In this document: in pieces, positions 58,535 to 64,000 of the stretch
How positions within the stretch are numbered: position 1 is the first letter of the stretch
Layout: each line of letters opens with the position of its first letter
Source of the DNA: an uncultured Gammaproteobacteria bacterium
GTDB lineage: Bacteria > Patescibacteriota > Microgenomatia > Levybacterales > UBA12049
Length of the DNA: 64,000 nucleotides
NCBI GenBank assembly: GCA_964571255.1
Contig: CAZNAA010000001.1
Span: forward strand, 423,674-487,673
Direction: 5' to 3'
Made by a program: the position numbers and the translations under genes
The notes under the pieces: model-generated
What the model saw: only the letters and a program-made list of their open reading frames with translations
Databases searched by the model: none
What the model was told of the DNA's origin: nothing

Positions 58535-60715
58535 TTATTTCTTTTTTTTCTCTCTCCTTTGAACAAGATTATAAACTATATATATACCCAAACTAATAAG
58601 TGTAATTAAGGTAACTAACATTCCACTTAGTCTTTTTGCTTCAGGTTGAAAATAGAGGGTAAATTCAGCTGAAGTAGTACTATTCATTTGTCCTTGTTGA
58701 AAGATATCACTACGTGGATCAAGTATCCACCCATTGGCATACTCATTTGCATGTACTCTTTCAACAACAGCATTTCTTCTTCTCAAAAATAATAAGTCAT
58801 TTGTTCTAGTCAGATCTCCTGGATACAACCTCCACTTATCAGAATATGGAGTATTAAATACAAGCACTGTTTTTTCTGTTACTCCTTCAATTGTAATATG
58901 ATACTTTGCTGCAGATGTCTTCTTATAACTAATCTTATTATTTCCTGTCGATGAAAAAAGTTCTTTCTTTCCGATTTTATTTTCTTCTACCACTTTTTTA
59001 ATTTGATAAACAGAGATATCTTTCGAACGGTCAATCATTGACAAGTATCCTGGATCTTTAGGAGCAGTGTATCTTCCAATAAATGATAATCTTTCATCGT
59101 TATTTAAAATTTCATTTAACTCTTTAGCTGGTAACTCTAAATCTTCAAATTTATTATAGATAAGAATCGTATCAACTCCATAATGTGTTAATGTATCAAT
59201 AGCAGTAGGAGAAGTGATTTCTTTAATTTTCTGATAATATGCTCTGCTATTTTCGTCAGCAAACGGACTTAGACCGGCTGTAAGAGGTTTTTCATAAATA
59301 ATCTGCCCCATAAGTTGATAGGTTGGGGGAAATCCGTTATCACCATTATTCAATACTAAAGGATAAGCAGAAATTGCATGAATTTGTGAATTATCCTTTA
59401 GTGGACTATATAGTTTCTCTATTGAGGCAAAACTCGTGCTTTTATACCAACTCCCATCAGATGTTAAGGAAATAAAAATAACAAAGATTCCAAGAAGTAT
59501 AAAGATGGCATACGAAAACCATTTTGAAATACGAGTATAGAGAGGGGAATTCATGTAGTAGCTAATAGTTACTCCAAAAAGAAGACCTAAGAAAAGCGTA
59601 GTGTGAACATTAATTCTGGCAACACTCCGAAACATACTAAAAAATTTAAAGTAAATTTCATTAACAAAAAAGAGATTGGGCACATATGAAGAAAGAAGAA
59701 TTGAAAGCAAAAAACAGCTAAAAAGAGTGAGGAATAATCTTTTTTTTCTTAAGAAAATAAGTGACCCAATTAAAAAAAGAGTAAGAAGTCCACTAAAAAT
59801 GTGGCTATAGTTACCAAAATGAAAAAATAAATAACTATTTTCTGCCATGGAAAAATGATAAACAATATCAAGTAATTCATTTTGAGGAAGTGAGTTTCTT
59901 CCACTCAAAACTGCCTGTGATTTATTAAATAGGTAGAGATTAGAAAGAATGAAATTAATATTTAAGAGAAAAAATACAATAAACAAAGGGCTGTAGTAAG
60001 AGAAGAAAGTACCAATTTTTCTTTGGATTGCTTCTTTATGATAAAGCAGAATAATTGGTACTGTAAAAATTCCCGAGAAAAATGCATAGTAAGCGTCTGC
60101 TTTAAAAAGAAGTCCAAAAAGTGTTATGGAAAGAACTAACGAAAACATGTTTCTTCTATCTAAGTAATAAAACAATGAAAGAAAATAAAGAGGAATCATT
60201 TCAGTATGATTAATAGACATTTGTCCTCTCCCCCATAAAACAGTATTAAAAGAAAAGGCATATACTAATCCAGCAATAAAACTCCCTACTTTATTTCTTG
60301 TTAAGTAATAACAAAGAATACTTGCTCCTAAAGCAGAGAGTGGATATACCAAAAAAGAAGAGATATTAATAACTAAGATAAGATTATTCCACGAAAAACC
60401 CATGAGGTTAAGTATAAATACTTGAATTGTATAAATGAGATTAAATACCGGGGAAAAGGCAAGATCAAACCCAAAAGGATACCCTGTAAGATTAATAACG
60501 TCATAAACGTGCTGATGCTTATGAATATACGTTAAGAACCATTGGTACCATAATCCTCCTTCTGTATCAATGTCAGGCATTGCATAATGAGTAAAGAACA
60601 AGGGAATACGATGTTTAAATATGATAATTGTTATAAGAGAATAACTAAGAAATGAGAGGGTTATATAGAAAAGAGTATTATGCTTGCGTACGGTACTGTT
60701 TAAGTTTTTAACCAT
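58535..60715 (-). CDS. Large polytopic membrane protein, GT-C-like (YfhO/ArnT-like topology)
   Basis: 726 aa with ~12 TM segments, followed by a ~280-aa extracytoplasmic domain and a terminal TM segment. Confidence 0.4.
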   Translation of the reverse strand: MVKNLNSTVRKHNTLFYITLSFLSYSLITIIIFKHRIPLFFTHYAMPDIDTEGGLWYQWFLTYIHKHQHVYDVINLTGYPFGFDLAFSPVFNLIYTIQVFILNLMGFSWNNLILVINISSFLVYPLSALGASILCYYLTRNKVGSFIAGLVYAFSFNTVLWGRGQMSINHTEMIPLYFLSLFYYLDRRNMFSLVLSITLFGLLFKADAYYAFFSGIFTVPIILLYHKEAIQRKIGTFFSYYSPLFIVFFLLNINFILSNLYLFNKSQAVLSGRNSLPQNELLDIVYHFSMAENSYLFFHFGNYSHIFSGLLTLFLIGSLIFLRKKRLFLTLFSCFLLSILLSSYVPNLFFVNEIYFKFFSMFRSVARINVHTTLFLGLLFGVTISYYMNSPLYTRISKWFSYAIFILLGIFVIFISLTSDGSWYKSTSFASIEKLYSPLKDNSQIHAISAYPLVLNNGDNGFPPTYQLMGQIIYEKPLTAGLSPFADENSRAYYQKIKEITSPTAIDTLTHYGVDTILIYNKFEDLELPAKELNEILNNDERLSFIGRYTAPKDPGYLSMIDRSKDISVYQIKKVVEENKIGKKELFSSTGNNKISYKKTSAAKYHITIEGVTEKTVLVFNTPYSDKWRLYPGDLTRTNDLLFLRRRNAVVERVHANEYANGWILDPRSDIFQQGQMNSTTSAEFTLYFQPEAKRLSGMLVTLITLISLGIYIVYNLVQRREKKKK

Positions 60716-60779
60716 GTTTTTATTGTAACAAATACATATAGTGCTTTATAAATAAAATTATCATTATTTACATTTACCT

Positions 60780-61850
60780 CTACTTCCTTGCAACAACCTT
60801 TGATTCATCATAACTTTTTAGTAAAGGGTTATCACCTAGTATGTGACGAATAGTGTGATAAATAATAAGATTAGCAGTAAAAAAACTCAAAGGTAGATGA
60901 AAAATATAGAGAAAATTTCTTCTTGAGATAATTAAGGAAAGTGAATCATATAAACAAAAAATTATCGAATAAACATAAGGGAAGAAAAGGTATTTTTTTA
61001 TTTTACTTTCTTGATGATAAACTTCTCGCCCAGTGTAGCCTGCCTTTCCCATATAATCACTATGGTATATATTATTTTTCACTCTCCATCTAATTTTGTT
61101 TAAATATTTTTGCAAGGTATCTGACGAGTAATGAAGAAGAGCGTCATTTTTAGTAATAGCAATACATGAATTGGTTTTATTAAGAAGATAGAAAAAATGT
61201 GGGATAAGCTCTGCTGTTTTTACTGTTTGAGGAAATTTTTTCTTCATAAATGACGCATCAAACATACTTCCTCCAGCACACAGTTCAATAATAGGTGTTT
61301 GTTTTACAGATTGTAAGTTAAAGATACTATATTGTTCATTTTCTGTAATAACACCATAGCGTCTAACCATTTCTTTCAGAAAAAAATGATTATTCTTTGA
61401 AAGACGATAGATAAAAAAAGAGAAAGGATCTCCGAAATCATTAATATAATTATTAATAAATGGGTATCCACGAGGATTTTCGTATCCACTAACTAAAACA
61501 GCTTTTACCCTCTTCTCTTTTTCTAGACAAGAAACTTTATTTTTCAGACTATCAGGATTTTGGAGTACTTCATCATGATCAAGGTATAGGATGTATTTCC
61601 CTTTCGATCTAGTGTAACCTAAATACTTTGCGTGTAATGGTTCTGTTAGCGGATTTTTTATTATTTTACACTTGAATTTTTTCCCAAGTTTTAAGGTTGT
61701 ATCTGTAGATCCACCATCAACAAGAACAATTTCTAGTCTATTTTTAGGATAGGTTTGTTGTGATAATGCTTTAAGCACTAAAGGTAGTGTTCTAGCCGAA
61801 TTATAAGTTGCAATTACTACTGAAACAATAGGAAGCAAAGAGGTAGTCAT
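60780..61850 (-). CDS. GT2-family glycosyltransferase
   Basis: VSVVIATYNSARTLPLVLKALSQQTY...VLVDGGSTD...LDHDE. Confidence 0.75.
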   Translation of the reverse strand: MTTSLLPIVSVVIATYNSARTLPLVLKALSQQTYPKNRLEIVLVDGGSTDTTLKLGKKFKCKIIKNPLTEPLHAKYLGYTRSKGKYILYLDHDEVLQNPDSLKNKVSCLEKEKRVKAVLVSGYENPRGYPFINNYINDFGDPFSFFIYRLSKNNHFFLKEMVRRYGVITENEQYSIFNLQSVKQTPIIELCAGGSMFDASFMKKKFPQTVKTAELIPHFFYLLNKTNSCIAITKNDALLHYSSDTLQKYLNKIRWRVKNNIYHSDYMGKAGYTGREVYHQESKIKKYLFFPYVYSIIFCLYDSLSLIISRRNFLYIFHLPLSFFTANLIIYHTIRHILGDNPLLKSYDESKVVARK

Positions 61851-61964
61851 GTAACTAGGTTCGTGTAGGAAGTTTCATTACCGTATAATTCATGATTCAT
61901 AATTCCTAGCGTAACTAAACTAATATATCTTATGATTTTTAATAATACAAGGCATCAGACTATT

Positions 61965-63281
61965 TCACTTATTACCTTTAGAAAGATATATGTCCCTAAT
62001 AGAAATTGTTACATTAAAAGCAAGGAGAATAATTATTGTATATAAAGGAAGAATTCCTCTATTCCCAATAACAGTCCCATGATAAAACGCAGAAAAAAGA
62101 ACATAGGTAATACTTCCTATCCAAAGAGGAATAAAAATTGACTCTCTCCTGAATTGCTTTATACACAATGCTGGAGAAATAATAAATCCTAAAAGGATAA
62201 TTGTATTAAGTGGTTTTTCTAATAGTTTTAAAAATCCCATTACATCATTTTTGTTCCATTGAAAGGTGGGATCAAGAAAGAGAGATGCTATAGATATTCT
62301 GAATTGATTTAATACCAACTTTGGATGAGTTAACATATACTCTCTAGTTCGTTTTGCAATTTCTTTATTAAAAGTTACATATGCTACTCCTACTGGTACA
62401 TTCTTTTTCAGTTGGTCTTGCATATATTTTTCTCCTGCTTTATCTATGTGAATCCAAGCAACTAGTTTATTTGTTTCTGCATTTGGAAAAAGGGAAAAGT
62501 AAGTATATTCGTTAAGTAATTGGGATTCAGAAGCTGTTGAAATCGCAAGAGACTTAGTAATAGTATAGTTTCTGCCAACCCATACCACTAAGAGAATTAC
62601 AAAACTTACTACTAATCCAAGAAAAACTCTTGAATAACGATCAAGTTTTCTTTTCTTTATGAGTGGGAGCAATGGAAATAAAAGGACAGGAAGAATAAAA
62701 AGTAATGTATTTTGACGACTAAAAATAGCCCCTACTCCGAAAAAAAAAGTTAAAAAGATTATTTTTCTAGACATTTCTTTTTTATATAGTAAGACCGCAT
62801 AGTATACAAATCCTGTTACCATTGCATAAGAAAAAAGATCTACATTTCCCATCCGGGTTGTATAGAAAAGAAGAGAGGGACTTAACAGAATAAGAAGTAA
62901 TGGAAATAAAGCATCTTTTTTGAAAAATAATAAGAAAAGTTTATATGAGTAAGCATGAATGAGGAAAATAAAAGCTATATTATAAATTACTAATAAAGTT
63001 GACTCGCTATATATCGTTCTCCCTGCAGTTAAGAGTAATGAGAAAGCTGGAAGTCGCATTGTTTCTGGAATATATTGCCCTTCTTTAGGAGGGAGAAAAT
63101 AGAGATTAGATACTTTTTGAGCAGAATATCCATTTCCACTTAGTAAACTATTTGAATAATCCATATATTGATCCATATCTTGCCCACACCACTCTTTCTG
63201 CATGCAAGAATCTTGGACGTAATAGTAGATAACTGAGGAATATACTAAAAGAAGGATAGCGAGGAGAAGTTTATTTGGCAT
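61965..63281 (-). CDS. GT-C-like polytopic membrane glycosyltransferase
   Basis: 438 aa with >=10 TM segments. The extracytoplasmic N-terminal loop has acidic residues (QDSCMQKEWCGQDMDQYMDY). Confidence 0.45.
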   Translation of the reverse strand: MPNKLLLAILLLVYSSVIYYYVQDSCMQKEWCGQDMDQYMDYSNSLLSGNGYSAQKVSNLYFLPPKEGQYIPETMRLPAFSLLLTAGRTIYSESTLLVIYNIAFIFLIHAYSYKLFLLFFKKDALFPLLLILLSPSLLFYTTRMGNVDLFSYAMVTGFVYYAVLLYKKEMSRKIIFLTFFFGVGAIFSRQNTLLFILPVLLFPLLPLIKKRKLDRYSRVFLGLVVSFVILLVVWVGRNYTITKSLAISTASESQLLNEYTYFSLFPNAETNKLVAWIHIDKAGEKYMQDQLKKNVPVGVAYVTFNKEIAKRTREYMLTHPKLVLNQFRISIASLFLDPTFQWNKNDVMGFLKLLEKPLNTIILLGFIISPALCIKQFRRESIFIPLWIGSITYVLFSAFYHGTVIGNRGILPLYTIIILLAFNVTISIRDIYLSKGNK

Positions 63282-64000
63282 GGTAAGGTTGTTTAAAGAA
63301 ACGATAAATATTCTTTATTATTTCTTCATGCTCTTCAGGAGTAAGATTATAAAAGAGAGGAAGCCTGACTAGCGTATCTGAGACAGTATCAGTTACATTC
63401 ATATCTCCAACAAATCTCCCATACTTCTTTCCCGCTGGGGAGGAATGAAGCGGAATGTAGTGAAAAACCGAGAGAATATTATATTTCTTTAAGTATTCAA
63501 TTAATTTTGTTCTCGTTTTAAGAGAATCAACTAATATATAGTACATATGTCCGTTGTGCTCACAATCTCGAGGGATAATAGGACGGCGCAGTAATCCTTT
63601 TTCTTCTAATGATTTTAATCCTTTATGATAGGTTTTCCAGACCTTAAGTCTCTGTTCATTTATCTCACTCGCATTTTCAAATTGTGCCATTAAGAAAGCG
63701 GCAATTATTTCACCTGGCAAATAGGAAGAGCCAATATCAACCCACGTATATTTATCTACTTGTCCCCTAAAAAATTTAGCTCTATTTGTCCCTTTCTCTC
63801 TTATCATTTCAGCTCGCTCACTAAATCTCTCTTCATTAATTACAAGAGCACCTCCTTCTCCTGATATAACATTTTTTGTTTCATGAAAACTAAATGCACT
63901 CATATGTCCAAGAGTTCCCAGATTTCGTCCTTTATAGGTTGATAAAAAACCTTGAGCAGCATCTTCCATTACAAGAAGATTATGTTTTTTTGCAATTTTA
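63271..64000 (-). CDS. DegT/DnrJ/EryC1/StrS-family PLP-dependent sugar aminotransferase (C-terminal part; N-terminus beyond the window)
   Basis: GTLGHMSAFSFHETKNVISGEGGALV matches the conserved FSFYPTKNLG...GEGG region. The ORF is still open at the window edge. Confidence 0.7.
   Translation of the reverse strand, partial: KIAKKHNLLVMEDAAQGFLSTYKGRNLGTLGHMSAFSFHETKNVISGEGGALVINEERFSERAEMIREKGTNRAKFFRGQVDKYTWVDIGSSYLPGEIIAAFLMAQFENASEINEQRLKVWKTYHKGLKSLEEKGLLRRPIIPRDCEHNGHMYYILVDSLKTRTKLIEYLKKYNILSVFHYIPLHSSPAGKKYGRFVGDMNVTDTVSDTLVRLPLFYNLTPEEHEEIIKNIYRFFKQPYHAK

Noticed and set aside
61851-61964. Possible small RNA in the 114-nt intergenic gap, and the 64-nt gap at 60716-60779
   Set aside because: Both are AT-rich with no stable stem-loops or conserved motifs recognisable. 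They are more likely promoter or UTR regions.

Overview
Low-GC (~1/3 G+C by eye) bacterial chromosomal segment, almost fully coding, with many short overlaps between same-strand genes. The gene content is consistent with a small-genome Gram-positive-like or CPR/Patescibacteria-like organism: a type-2 (eukaryote-like) IleS, an archaeal/eukaryal-type dimeric GlyRS, a reduced dcw cluster and very abundant glycosyltransferases. This assignment is inference, not proof.

Layout, left to right:
(1) A minus-strand operon ileS - SEDS(rodA/ftsW-like) - rplU - rpmA (92-4735).
(2) A convergent pair of Pro/Thr-linker proteins, one of them class-A beta-lactamase-like, plus a PRTase (4790-7510).
(3) A plus-strand nucleotide-sugar module (7619-10541): GT2, a fused sugar-1-P nucleotidyltransferase::APH-like kinase, and a KpsF-like SIS isomerase.
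(4) A minus-strand copper homeostasis operon (11194-16219): csoR - DUF305x2 - cupredoxin-like - copA - permease::cupredoxin-like - copZ. A CsoR-type operator palindrome abuts the likely true csoR start.
(5) A division/cell-wall (dcw) cluster (16287-31684): ftsZ, ftsA, ftsQ-like, murG, ftsW, mraY, murA, murC, a short murE-like ligase, ftsI, ftsL, rsmH, mraZ. It is interrupted between ftsZ and ftsA by a ~0.5 kb island (17560-18060) that is conspicuously GC-rich (~55-60% by hand count against a ~32% background). The island encodes a small secreted protein behind a perfect Shine-Dalgarno sequence.
(6) glyS and recO, then a ~29 kb glycan-assembly supercluster (35367 to window end). It holds 12 GT4/GT2 genes (6 full-length GT4, an orphan GT4 N-domain, 5 GT2) plus ManC and a Bac_transf priming transferase. 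It also holds at least 5 large GT-C-like polytopic membrane proteins, including a 1005-aa O-antigen-ligase-like::GT-C fusion. A hexapeptide acetyltransferase, an acyltransferase-3 and a partial DegT aminotransferase complete it.

No rRNA, tRNA, CRISPR or transposase was recognised. The ORF track uses GTG/TTG starts, and several N-termini (csoR, glyS, DUF457/DUF192) were re-evaluated.
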